10,926 nt of DNA, taken from Thermoanaerobaculia bacterium. Lineage in GTDB: Bacteria > Acidobacteriota > Thermoanaerobaculia > UBA5066. The position numbers and the translations under genes are program-made. A model generated the notes under the pieces. That model was not told the origin of the DNA and searched no databases. It saw only the letters and a list, made by a program, of their open reading frames with translations. Shown piece by piece: positions 1-7,975 of this stretch (the first letter of the stretch is position 1; every line of letters begins with the position of its first letter). Location of the stretch: positions 1 to 10,926 of the forward strand of contig CAWFJJ010000016.1 of NCBI GenBank assembly GCA_963816185.1, given 5' to 3'.

Positions 1-22
1 CGGTGGAGTTTCTGACGGGCGC

Positions 23-2959
23 CTAGAAGCGGGCGCCCACCGAGAGCTGGAAGAATCGCGGAGTCTGGTAGTCGGCCGCGTTCCTCGGCTTCCCGAAGCC
101 GGAGCCGTAGTCCCAGTTCACGCCCCGGACGGGCTGCGTCGTGAACGGATTGAAGCGCGCGAAGCCGGCGGCGTTCGCGGCCGAGAGAACCGTCGTGTCG
201 ACGGCGACGACTCCCTGGCGGTTGAAGACGTTGAAGACCTGCGGGTGCACGAACACCTCGACGGCGTCCGCGATGCGGAACGAGTAGTTCACGGAGAGGT
301 CGGTGCGCGAGACGTTGTCCGTGCGGAAGGCGCCGCGCGACGTGAAGTAGTACGTCGACGAGCGCGGCGGGGTCACGTAGCCCGGGTTCGTCACGTAGGG
401 GGACACGATCGCCGTTCCCGCGGCGCCGTAGGGGGTCCCGGTGTCGTACGCCTCGACGAGACCGAGCGAGAGCGCGCCGAGCCTCGGCGAGATCGGCACG
501 TCGTAGCTCGCGAAGACGCGGACGCGATGGCGCTGGTCGATCGCGAGGTCGCCGCGGGGCAGGCCCCAGCTCGCCTGCGTGTATTCCGGATAGAAGTCGG
601 GCAGGCCTCGCACCGCGCCCGAGCCGGCGGTCTCGCCGTTGAAGTTCCCGAGCGTATGGGACCAGGTCCAGCTTCCCCCGAGCCTCAGCCGGGAGAGCGC
701 CTGGAGCTGGAACTGCGTCTGCAGCGCCGTGTAGTTCCGCTCGAGGTCGTTCGTGTTCTGGGTCAGCTGGAGGTCGTAGACGTTGCCGAACTGGTCCGTC
801 ACCTGGCCGGTGCCCTGATCCAGCCTCAGGCTGTAGAAATCGTGAAACTCGCGGCGAACGGCGTCGATGCGGTACGAGGCGCGCCCGCCGAACGCCCCCT
901 GGATCCCGACCGTGTATTCGGTCGCGTTCGGCGAGTCGAGGCTCCCCCGGATCTGCTGGTTCACGCCGGGGACCTGCGCGCCGCCGAGCGGCACCTTGCA
1001 CGTCGAGAGGTTCGGGCAGCCCTGGCTCTGGAACCAGTCGAAGAGCTGTGTGAGAGCCTGGGCGCGGGTCAGGAGCGTGCCGGACGGATCCGTGTTGATC
1101 GGCGTGGCGCCCGGGCCGTCGTAGTACCAGTAGAGGATGAGGGGCGTCCCCGCCTGCGTGGCCGAGCTGACCTGCGTTTCCTGGATGGCGCCGACGTACT
1201 TGGCGTAGCTCGCCGCCACGCGCAGCTTCCCGTCGCCCCGGGTGTCCCAGATTGCGCCGAGGCGGGGGCTCAACGCGCTGTCTGACGCGCGGGTCACGCC
1301 GCCGCCGTCCTTGGCCGCGTTCTTGTCCCACCTGAGGCCGAGGTTGAAGGAGAGGTGGTCGTTCAGCCGCCACGAGTCGTTGAGGAAGACGGAGTGGGTC
1401 CGAACGTCGCTCCCCGTGCTCTGCTGCGTGATCGGGAAGTAGATGAGGTAGCTCGCAGAGTCGAATACCGGGAAGAGGTCGCCGTTTCGCGAGATGGCCG
1501 CCGTCGAGCCCACGACGTAGTTGCTGCCCGACTGGTAGTTGTTCAGGACCTCCTTGCCGGCGAAGTTGTCGTAGCCGAAGACCACGTTGTGCGACCCCAG
1601 GCCGGGCGCCGAGAGGAACCAGGTGCCCTTCACGAAGGTGTCCTGGTTGTCGCGCTTCTCGTTGCTGCAGACCCCGCAGAAGTAGGGCGAGTTGTAGTAG
1701 CCGCCCGTCGATTCGTCGATCAGGACCGTGCCTTTCACGAGGTCCGTGAAGAGCGAGCCATCGTGCTCGAACGTGAAGTGCCGCTGCGAGTACTGGCCCT
1801 CGAAGGAGAGGCTGCCCGAGGCCACGCCGCTGTAGTTCAGGACGAGGAAGTCCTGCGGCAGGCTGCGGTTCTTGAGGCTGTCGAGGTCCAGGATCGGGTG
1901 GGACGTGAAGTAGTCGTTCTTGAGGTCCTGCCGGATCGAGAGGTACGAGGCCGTGAGCGTCTGGTTCGAGAACGGCGTCACCGTGACCTTCCCCTCGTAC
2001 CTTTTCTCGTCGTTCTCCGTCGGATACGAGATGTTCGTGAAAGAAGTCTGGTTGCTCCCTTTCTGGTCGTTCAGGCGGCCCGCGCCGAAGAACCAGACGC
2101 GGTCCTTCCAGATCGGGCCTCCGAGCGTAGCCTCGTACGTCGGCACGACCGACTGGACGCGCTGCTCTTTCGCCGGCGTGATCGCGGACCAGGCGTCGTC
2201 GTTGAGCGTCGTCCGGAAGGAGCCGCTGAAGGTGTTGCCGCCCGACTTCGTGATCGTGTTCACGACGCCGCCCGTGAACCGGCCGAACTCCGCGGAGATG
2301 CCGGCCGAAGAGGTCGTCGTCTCCTGAATCGCGTCCTCGATGAAGAGGTTGTAGGGCGTCCCGCGGATGTTGTCGACGACGACGGCGCCGTTGACGGAGA
2401 ACAGGTTGTCGAACGACTGCGCGCCCGAGATCGTGTAGGACGCGTTCGGCCCGTTCTGGTTGACCCCGGGAGAGAGCGCGACCGCCGAGAGGAGCGTCCG
2501 GCCCGTCGGGAGCGTGTCGAGCTGCGAGGAAGTGAACGTCGTCGCCGCCTGGGTGGACGTCGAGATCGTCTCGACCTTCGCGACGACCTCGGCCTGGGCC
2601 GCGACCGCGTTGACGCTCAGCGCGGCGTCCAGCTTCTCCTTCTGCGACGCCCCGAGGCGCACGGAACGCGTCAGGGGCTGAAACGACGCGAGCTCGAACG
2701 TGATCGTGTAGTCGCCCGGCGGCAGGTTGTTGAACGCATAATCTCCGTTCGAGCTCGTGACGGTGGAACGGCTGCCCTGAAGCGCCGGTGATTTTGCCGT
2801 GACGGCGACCCCCGGAAGGGCCGTGTCTCCGGTGGTGACGTGGCCCGTGAGCGTCGCCGAGGGCAGGCCCTGGCCGGCCGCCTCCCCGGCGCCGAGGACG
2901 AGAGCCAGCGCCGCAGCCGTCGCGGCGCGGCCGATGAAGGCAAATCGTTCGCGGTTCAT
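23..2959 (-). CDS. TonB-dependent outer-membrane receptor, Oar-like, with N-terminal carboxypeptidase-regulatory-like domain (978 aa)
   Basis: Start re-called to ATG 2959 (MNRERFAF...), preceded by GAGAGGTG-N6-ATG. Has a Sec signal peptide (AATAAALALVLGAGEAAG), a CarboxypepD_reg-like segment (TLTGHV...GVAVTAKS...NGDYAFNNLPPGDYTITFELASF), plug motifs (LPTGR, NLFSVNGA, SAEFGRFTGGVVNTITKSGGNTFSGS), barrel motifs (LGGPIWKDRVWFFGA, FLNDSWRLNDHLSFNLGLRWD, LSPRLG) and a C-terminal Phe (LSVGARF). Confidence 0.93.
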   Translation of the reverse strand: MNRERFAFIGRAATAAALALVLGAGEAAGQGLPSATLTGHVTTGDTALPGVAVTAKSPALQGSRSTVTSSNGDYAFNNLPPGDYTITFELASFQPLTRSVRLGASQKEKLDAALSVNAVAAQAEVVAKVETISTSTQAATTFTSSQLDTLPTGRTLLSAVALSPGVNQNGPNASYTISGAQSFDNLFSVNGAVVVDNIRGTPYNLFIEDAIQETTTSSAGISAEFGRFTGGVVNTITKSGGNTFSGSFRTTLNDDAWSAITPAKEQRVQSVVPTYEATLGGPIWKDRVWFFGAGRLNDQKGSNQTSFTNISYPTENDEKRYEGKVTVTPFSNQTLTASYLSIRQDLKNDYFTSHPILDLDSLKNRSLPQDFLVLNYSGVASGSLSFEGQYSQRHFTFEHDGSLFTDLVKGTVLIDESTGGYYNSPYFCGVCSNEKRDNQDTFVKGTWFLSAPGLGSHNVVFGYDNFAGKEVLNNYQSGSNYVVGSTAAISRNGDLFPVFDSASYLIYFPITQQSTGSDVRTHSVFLNDSWRLNDHLSFNLGLRWDKNAAKDGGGVTRASDSALSPRLGAIWDTRGDGKLRVAASYAKYVGAIQETQVSSATQAGTPLILYWYYDGPGATPINTDPSGTLLTRAQALTQLFDWFQSQGCPNLSTCKVPLGGAQVPGVNQQIRGSLDSPNATEYTVGIQGAFGGRASYRIDAVRREFHDFYSLRLDQGTGQVTDQFGNVYDLQLTQNTNDLERNYTALQTQFQLQALSRLRLGGSWTWSHTLGNFNGETAGSGAVRGLPDFYPEYTQASWGLPRGDLAIDQRHRVRVFASYDVPISPRLGALSLGLVEAYDTGTPYGAAGTAIVSPYVTNPGYVTPPRSSTYYFTSRGAFRTDNVSRTDLSVNYSFRIADAVEVFVHPQVFNVFNRQGVVAVDTTVLSAANAAGFARFNPFTTQPVRGVNWDYGSGFGKPRNAADYQTPRFFQLSVGARF

Positions 2960-2965
2960 GGGCGG

Positions 2966-2984
2966 CACCTCTCGCCTCAAAGTA
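2966..2984 (-). promoter_or_regulatory. Putative -10 box (TACTTT, 2984-2979) and RBS (GAGAGGTG, 2973-2966) of the TonB-dependent receptor
   Basis: The minus strand reads GCC-TACTTT-GAGGC-GAGAGGTG-CCGCCC-ATG. The TANNNT hexamer stands out in this GC-rich background. Confidence 0.5.
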
Positions 2985-3082
2985 GGCGGCGTCCTCGGGA
3001 CAGGAAACGAGGTCGGGTCGGAACCGACGCCGCGGGGGCGGAAGGCGCTGGACCGAGGGTCACCGCGGGATCGGCGCCGCGA

Positions 3083-3088
3083 TACGAT
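3083..3088 (+). promoter_or_regulatory. Putative -10 box TACGAT for the SDR-permease unit
   Basis: TACGAT-N10-GTG(3099) with no Shine-Dalgarno in between. Confidence 0.45.
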
Positions 3089-3098
3089 TTCCCGTGTC

Positions 3099-3746
3099 GT
3101 GACTGAAGAGACCGTCTTCGTGACCGGCGTCACCGGTTATCTGGGCCACGCGCTCGTCCCGAAGCTCCTCGAGCGCGGCCACCGCGTCGTCGGCCTCGCG
3201 CGGCCCGGTTCGGAAAGTCGCGTGCCCGTCGGCGCCTCGGCCGTGGCGGGCGACGCCCTCGACGCCGCGACGTACGGCGCGCATGTGCCGCGTGGCGCGA
3301 CGTTCGTCCACCTCGTGGGCGTCGCGCACCCCTCTCCGAAGAAGGCGCGCCAATTCCGCGACGTGGATCTCACGTCGCTGGAAGCGGCGCTCGAGACGGC
3401 CGTCCCCGCGGGCGTCTCGCACTTCGTCTACCTGAGCGTGGCCCATCCCGCGCCCGCGATGAAGGCGTACTGGGAGGCGCGCGCCGAAGGCGAATCGCTC
3501 CTCCTCGCGACGGGACTTCCCGCGACGATCCTTCGGCCGTGGTACGTCCTCGGCCCCTCTCACCGCTGGCCGTACCTTCTCTTGCCCCTCTACGCGATTG
3601 CGGAAGCTTTCCCCGCCACCCGCGATGGAGCCCGGCGGCTCGGCCTCGTAACGCGCGCGCAGATGACGCGCGCTCTCGTCGCCGCCGTCGAGAACCCGCC
3701 GAACGGCGTGCGCGTCGTGGACGTGCCCGCGATCCGCGCGGCCTGA
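3099..3746 (+). CDS. Atypical short-chain dehydrogenase / NAD(P)H-binding protein (NAD-dependent epimerase-like, 215 aa)
   Basis: Start re-called to GTG 3099, just before the Rossmann motif VFVTGVTGYLG (TGxxGxxG). Also has GHRVVGLAR, GDALD, FVHLVG, HFVYLS and ATILRPWYVLGP. The upstream extension in the ORF track overlaps the receptor gene and is spurious. Confidence 0.88.
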   Translation: MTEETVFVTGVTGYLGHALVPKLLERGHRVVGLARPGSESRVPVGASAVAGDALDAATYGAHVPRGATFVHLVGVAHPSPKKARQFRDVDLTSLEAALETAVPAGVSHFVYLSVAHPAPAMKAYWEARAEGESLLLATGLPATILRPWYVLGPSHRWPYLLLPLYAIAEAFPATRDGARRLGLVTRAQMTRALVAAVENPPNGVRVVDVPAIRAA

Positions 3747-3747
3747 C

Positions 3748-4980
3748 GTGCAGGCCGCCGACCTCGGGCCGGTCCCCGACTCGGAGAAGACCCAGTCTTC
3801 CGTCGACCTTTTTCTCATCTTCGCGGGCGCGAACATCGTGGCGACGACGCTCCAGACGGGCGCGAGCCTCGTGCCCGCATTCGGCCTCAGGGAAGCGCTC
3901 CTCCTCGTCGCCGGCGGGACGGTTCTCGGCTCGGCGCTCGTGGCGGCGCTCGCGCCGCTGGGCCCGCGGCTCTCCGTCCCGTCCGTCATCGCCTGCCGGG
4001 CCGCGCTCGGTCTTCGCGGAGCCGCGCTCGTGTCTTTGATCCTCTACGTCACGAACTTCGCGTGGATCGCCGTGAACAACGTGATCGCAGCGTCGGCCCT
4101 CGCGCACGTCCTCGGCGGCCCGGCCTCGGAGCGTCTCTGGGCGTTTGCTCTCGGGCTTCTCGCGACGGCGATCGTCGCGGGCGGTCCGCGCGCCGTCGGC
4201 CACGCGGATCGCTTCGCCGTGCCCCTTCTCCTCGTCGTCGGCGCGATTCTCACGTTCCGCTGCCTCGGGCTGCCGGCCGGAGTCCTGTGGTCGGCGGGAG
4301 ACGGCTCGATGGCGGCCGTGCGCGGGTTCGACGTCGTCGTGGGCTACCAGGTCTCGTGGCTCCTCATGTTCGGCGACTACCCCCGCTACACGCGCTCGGC
4401 ACGGAAGGCCGCCGGGGCCGTGTTCCTCGGTCTCTCTCTCACGAGCCTCTGGTTCATGCCGCTCGGGCTCGCGTGCGCGCGGGCCGCCGGCTCCGCCGAG
4501 CCGGGGGCCATGCTCGAGGCCGTCGGCCTCGGAGGGTTGGGGGCGCTCCTTCTCGCCGTCGCGACGCTCACGACGAACTTCGTCAACATCTACATGTCCG
4601 CGCTCGCATGGAAGAGCCTCTTCCCGAAGGCTCGCGACCGCGCCTCCGTCTGGACGATCGGCCTCGTGGGCGCCGCGCTGTCGCTCCTCCCCGGCTGGCT
4701 CAAGGGCTATGCGGACTTCATGCTTCTCCTCGGCGGCCTCCTCGTGCCGGTGGGCGGCGTCCTCCTCGCGTACTTCTTCGTCCTCGGACGGAAGCCGGAG
4801 GTCGCGGACCTCTACACTCCCGCTGCGCGACACGGCGGTTTCGCGCTCGCCGGCATGTGCGGGTGGATCGCGGGCGTTGCGGCGTATTTCCTCGCTGCGC
4901 CCGTGGGCGGAACGCTTCCCGCGCTCGCTGCTGCGATCCTCGTCACGGCGCTCCTCGGCAGGTCACCCCGGCTGGCGTAG
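3748..4980 (+). CDS. NCS1-family nucleobase/cytosine permease (CytX/CodB-like), 410 aa
   Basis: About 12 hydrophobic segments. NCS1-type motifs: LGPVPDSEK...LFLIFAGANI, RAALGLRG, NFAWIAVN, SWLLMFGDYPRY, ATLTTNFVNIYMSAL, FMLLLGGLLVPVGGVLLAYFF. The GTG start lies 1 nt after the upstream TGA. Confidence 0.85.
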   Translation: MQAADLGPVPDSEKTQSSVDLFLIFAGANIVATTLQTGASLVPAFGLREALLLVAGGTVLGSALVAALAPLGPRLSVPSVIACRAALGLRGAALVSLILYVTNFAWIAVNNVIAASALAHVLGGPASERLWAFALGLLATAIVAGGPRAVGHADRFAVPLLLVVGAILTFRCLGLPAGVLWSAGDGSMAAVRGFDVVVGYQVSWLLMFGDYPRYTRSARKAAGAVFLGLSLTSLWFMPLGLACARAAGSAEPGAMLEAVGLGGLGALLLAVATLTTNFVNIYMSALAWKSLFPKARDRASVWTIGLVGAALSLLPGWLKGYADFMLLLGGLLVPVGGVLLAYFFVLGRKPEVADLYTPAARHGGFALAGMCGWIAGVAAYFLAAPVGGTLPALAAAILVTALLGRSPRLA

Positions 4981-4983
4981 AGT
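4978..4983 (+). promoter_or_regulatory. Putative -10 box TAGAGT, overlapping the permease stop, for a leaderless acyl-CoA dehydrogenase mRNA
   Basis: TAGAGT-TCCGCC-ATG(4990): 6-nt spacing and no Shine-Dalgarno. Confidence 0.45.
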
Positions 4984-4989
4984 TCCGCC

Positions 4990-6873
4990 ATGGCCGTCAG
5001 CGAGCACGAGGCGCGCCAGGTCGCCGAGGAAGCGCGCGAGACCGCCTGGGAGAAGCCCGGTTTCTTGAAGGAACTTTTCCTCGGGAATCTCCGCCTCGAC
5101 CTCGTTCCCGACTTTCCGCCCCCGCAAGAGCGGCCCGAGTTCCGCGCCTTCTACGAAGAGATGGAACGCTTCCTACGCGATGAGGTCGATGCCGACGCGA
5201 TCGACCGGGACGGCAAGATTCCGCAGCGCGTTCTCGACGGCCTGGCCGCCCTCGGCGCGTTCGGGATGAAGATCGAGACGGAATACGGCGGCCTCGGCTT
5301 CACGCAGCACGAGTACGGGAAGATCCTCAAGCTCATCGGGAGCGTGGACGGGAACCTGATCGCGCTCCTGTCGGCGCACCAGTCCATCGGCGTTCCGCAG
5401 CCTCTCCGGCTCTTCGGAACCGAGGAGCAGAAGAGGAAGTGGCTGCCGCGCCTCGCGAAGGGCGCCGTCTCGGCGTTCGCGCTCACGGAGCCGCAGGTGG
5501 GCTCGGACCCGGCGAACCTCTCGACGAGGGCGGAGCGGACTCCCGAGGGCGATTACGTCCTGAACGGCGAAAAGCTCTGGACGACGAACGGCACGATCGC
5601 GGAGCTCTTCGTCGTCATGGCGCGCCACCCCGACACGAAGAAGATCTCGGCGTTCGTCGTCGAGAAGGAGGCCCCGGGCGTCGAGGTCGTGACGCGCTGT
5701 CACTTCATGGGCCTCAAGGCCATCGAGAACGGCGTCCTGCGCTTCACGAACGTGAGGGTTCCGAAGGAGAACCTTCTCTGGAAGGAAGGGCGCGGCCTGA
5801 AGCTCGCACTCGTGACCCTCAACACGGGGCGTCTCACGATTCCCGCCTCCTCCGTCGGCCTCGCGAGGCGCTGCCTCGAGTTCTCGCGCGTGTGGGCGGG
5901 AGAGCGCGTGCAGTGGGGCCAGCCGATCGGGAGGCACGACGCGATCGCCCAGCTCCTCGCGGAGATGGCCGCGACGACGTTCGCGATGGACGCCGTGGCC
6001 GAGATGAGCGCCGCGATGGCCGATTCGCACGACCGGGACATCCGCCTCGAGGCGGCCGTCGCGAAAATGTGGAACTCGGAGCAGGGCTGGACCATCGTGG
6101 ACCGGACGGTCCAGATCCGGGGCGGGCGCGGCTACGAGACGGCCGACTCGCTGCGAAACCGCGGCGAGGCGCCGATCCCGGTCGAGCGCATGCTCCGCGA
6201 CTCGCGCATCAACCTCATCTTCGAAGGCTCCTCCGAGATCATGCGGCTCTTCATCGCGCGGGAGGCCCTCGACACGCATCTTCAGGTCGCGGGCGCCCTC
6301 GCCGATCCGAAGGCGACGACGGCCGGCAAGCTCAAGGCGCTTCCGAAGATCCTCGCGTTCTACGCGGCGTGGTATCCCTCCCGCTGGCTCGGCTGGGGAC
6401 GGTGGCCGAAGTTCGCTCCGTACGGCTCTCTTGCGACCCACGTCCGCTTCCTCGACCGGACGTCCCGGAAGCTCGCGCGAACGCTCTTCCATCTCATGGC
6501 GGCGAACGGGCCGAAACTCGAGAAGCGCCAGGCGATCCTCTTCCGGGCAGTCGACGTCGGCGCCGAGCTCTTCGCCATGACCGCGGCCGTCGCACGCGCG
6601 CACCGGATGCGTCGGGCGAACGCGGGAGACGCCGCCTCGGCACAAGAGCTCGCGGACCTCTTCTGCCGGGGCGCTCGTCGGAAGGTTGCGGCGAGGTTCG
6701 GCGCGATCTACTCGAATGACGACGTCGCGAACTACGCCGCCGCGCGCCGGCTCCTGGACGGGAAGTACGCGTGGCTCGAGACGGATCTCGTGCCCGGTCT
6801 CTTCCAGAAGCCGGATGGAACGAAGACGGCGGCGACCGGTGCGGCGGCCCGGGAGCTCGTCTCCTCGCGGTAG
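4990..6873 (+). CDS. Acyl-CoA dehydrogenase, VLCAD/ACAD9-like with C-terminal extension (627 aa)
   Basis: Motifs [103 protein letters not shown] (catalytic Glu in IFEG). About 200 extra C-terminal residues, as in VLCAD-type enzymes. Confidence 0.95.
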   Translation: MAVSEHEARQVAEEARETAWEKPGFLKELFLGNLRLDLVPDFPPPQERPEFRAFYEEMERFLRDEVDADAIDRDGKIPQRVLDGLAALGAFGMKIETEYGGLGFTQHEYGKILKLIGSVDGNLIALLSAHQSIGVPQPLRLFGTEEQKRKWLPRLAKGAVSAFALTEPQVGSDPANLSTRAERTPEGDYVLNGEKLWTTNGTIAELFVVMARHPDTKKISAFVVEKEAPGVEVVTRCHFMGLKAIENGVLRFTNVRVPKENLLWKEGRGLKLALVTLNTGRLTIPASSVGLARRCLEFSRVWAGERVQWGQPIGRHDAIAQLLAEMAATTFAMDAVAEMSAAMADSHDRDIRLEAAVAKMWNSEQGWTIVDRTVQIRGGRGYETADSLRNRGEAPIPVERMLRDSRINLIFEGSSEIMRLFIAREALDTHLQVAGALADPKATTAGKLKALPKILAFYAAWYPSRWLGWGRWPKFAPYGSLATHVRFLDRTSRKLARTLFHLMAANGPKLEKRQAILFRAVDVGAELFAMTAAVARAHRMRRANAGDAASAQELADLFCRGARRKVAARFGAIYSNDDVANYAAARRLLDGKYAWLETDLVPGLFQKPDGTKTAATGAAARELVSSR

Positions 6874-6877
6874 AGAG

Positions 6878-7972
6878 GTGGCCTCGCCCCACCGCATCCT
6901 CCACCTCGACATGGACGCGTTCTACGCGTCCGTGGAACAGCGGGACGACCCCTCGCTGCGCGGCAGGCCTGTGGCCGTGGGTGGAGACCCGAAAGGACGC
7001 GGTGTCGTCGCGGCCGCGAGCTACGAAGCCCGGAAGTTCGGCGTCCGCTCGGCGATGCCCATGGCGCGCGCGGTGCGCCTCTGCCCAAGGCTCGCGATCG
7101 TCAGGCCCGACTTCCGGCGCTATTCCGCCGTCTCGCGGCAGATCTTCGACCTCTACCGGGCGGTCACGCCGCTCGTCGAGCCGCTTTCCCTCGACGAGGC
7201 CTATCTCGACGTGACCGAGAACGCATGGAACGAGCCTCTCGGCGTGAACGTGGCCCGGCGCCTCAAGACGAATGTCCTCGAAGCTACGTCTCTCACCGTC
7301 TCGGCCGGCGTCGCCCCGAACAAGTTCCTCGCGAAGATCGCCTCCGGCTGGAAGAAACCCGACGGCCTCACGGTGATCGCGCCGGAGCGCGTCGAGCGCT
7401 TCCTCGAGAAGCTGCCCGTCGAGGCGCTGTGGGGCGTCGGGCCGAAGACGGCCGAAAAGCTCCTCGCGCTCGGGTGCGCGCGCCTCGTGGACGTGCGCCG
7501 CGTTCCGGTGGATGCGCTCAGACACGCCGTCGGAAGCTGGGCCGACTCCCTCGTCCGCCTCGCGCACGGCGAGGACGACCGGCGCGTCGTGCCGGACCAG
7601 AAGGCGAAGTCCTGCAGCACGGAGGACACCTACGCGGAGGACCTGACGGACGTCGAGACGATGCGGGATGAAGTCGAGGCCATGGCGCGCCACGACGCGG
7701 CGTGGCTCGCGAAGAGAGACCTCTATGCGCGGACGCTCGTCCTGAAGGTGCGATACGGGGACTTCACGACCGTCACGAGGAGCGAGACCCGGCGGCCCAC
7801 GCGCGACGCGGAGGAGCTCGCCCAGAGAGCCGCGGCGCTGCTCTCCCGGACCGAGGCGGCCACACGCCCGGTGCGCCTCCTCGGCGTCGGCGTCCACGGC
7901 CTGACGACGCCCGAGGAGATGGCTAAGGCGGCGCCGCCCGACCCGCAGCTCCCCCTCCTCGTCGAGGACTGA
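6878..7972 (+). CDS. dinB: DNA polymerase IV (Y-family), 364 aa
   Basis: Start re-called to GTG 6878, 4 nt after the ACAD TAG. Motifs ILHLDMDAFYASVEQRD, AAASYEARKFGVRSAMP, SLDEAYLD, SAGVAPNKFLAKIAS..KPDG, LWGVG, LKVRYGDF, VRLLGV, and a C-terminal QLPLL clamp-binding-like motif. Confidence 0.96.
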   Translation: MASPHRILHLDMDAFYASVEQRDDPSLRGRPVAVGGDPKGRGVVAAASYEARKFGVRSAMPMARAVRLCPRLAIVRPDFRRYSAVSRQIFDLYRAVTPLVEPLSLDEAYLDVTENAWNEPLGVNVARRLKTNVLEATSLTVSAGVAPNKFLAKIASGWKKPDGLTVIAPERVERFLEKLPVEALWGVGPKTAEKLLALGCARLVDVRRVPVDALRHAVGSWADSLVRLAHGEDDRRVVPDQKAKSCSTEDTYAEDLTDVETMRDEVEAMARHDAAWLAKRDLYARTLVLKVRYGDFTTVTRSETRRPTRDAEELAQRAAALLSRTEAATRPVRLLGVGVHGLTTPEEMAKAAPPDPQLPLLVED

Positions 7973-7975
7973 GCC

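Noticed and set aside
2960-3098. Possible cobalamin or TPP riboswitch ahead of the receptor or permease
   Set aside because: No recognisable B12-box or TPP core (e.g. CUGAGA), and the candidate -10 boxes leave almost no leader.
2960-3133. N-terminal extensions of the receptor ORF (to 3133) and the SDR ORF (from 2799), which would create overlapping divergent genes
   Set aside because: The extensions are low-complexity R/P/S-rich text. The signal peptide plus RBS at 2959 and the Rossmann motif just after 3099 define the real starts.
3744-3750. Sec readthrough or an SDR-permease fusion at TGA 3744-3746
   Set aside because: The permease is in a different frame, the SDR is complete, and there is no Cys-motif context.
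6686-6877. 64-aa N-terminal extension of DinB overlapping the ACAD
   Set aside because: Y-family polymerases start a few residues before DMDAF, and GTG 6878 fits that.
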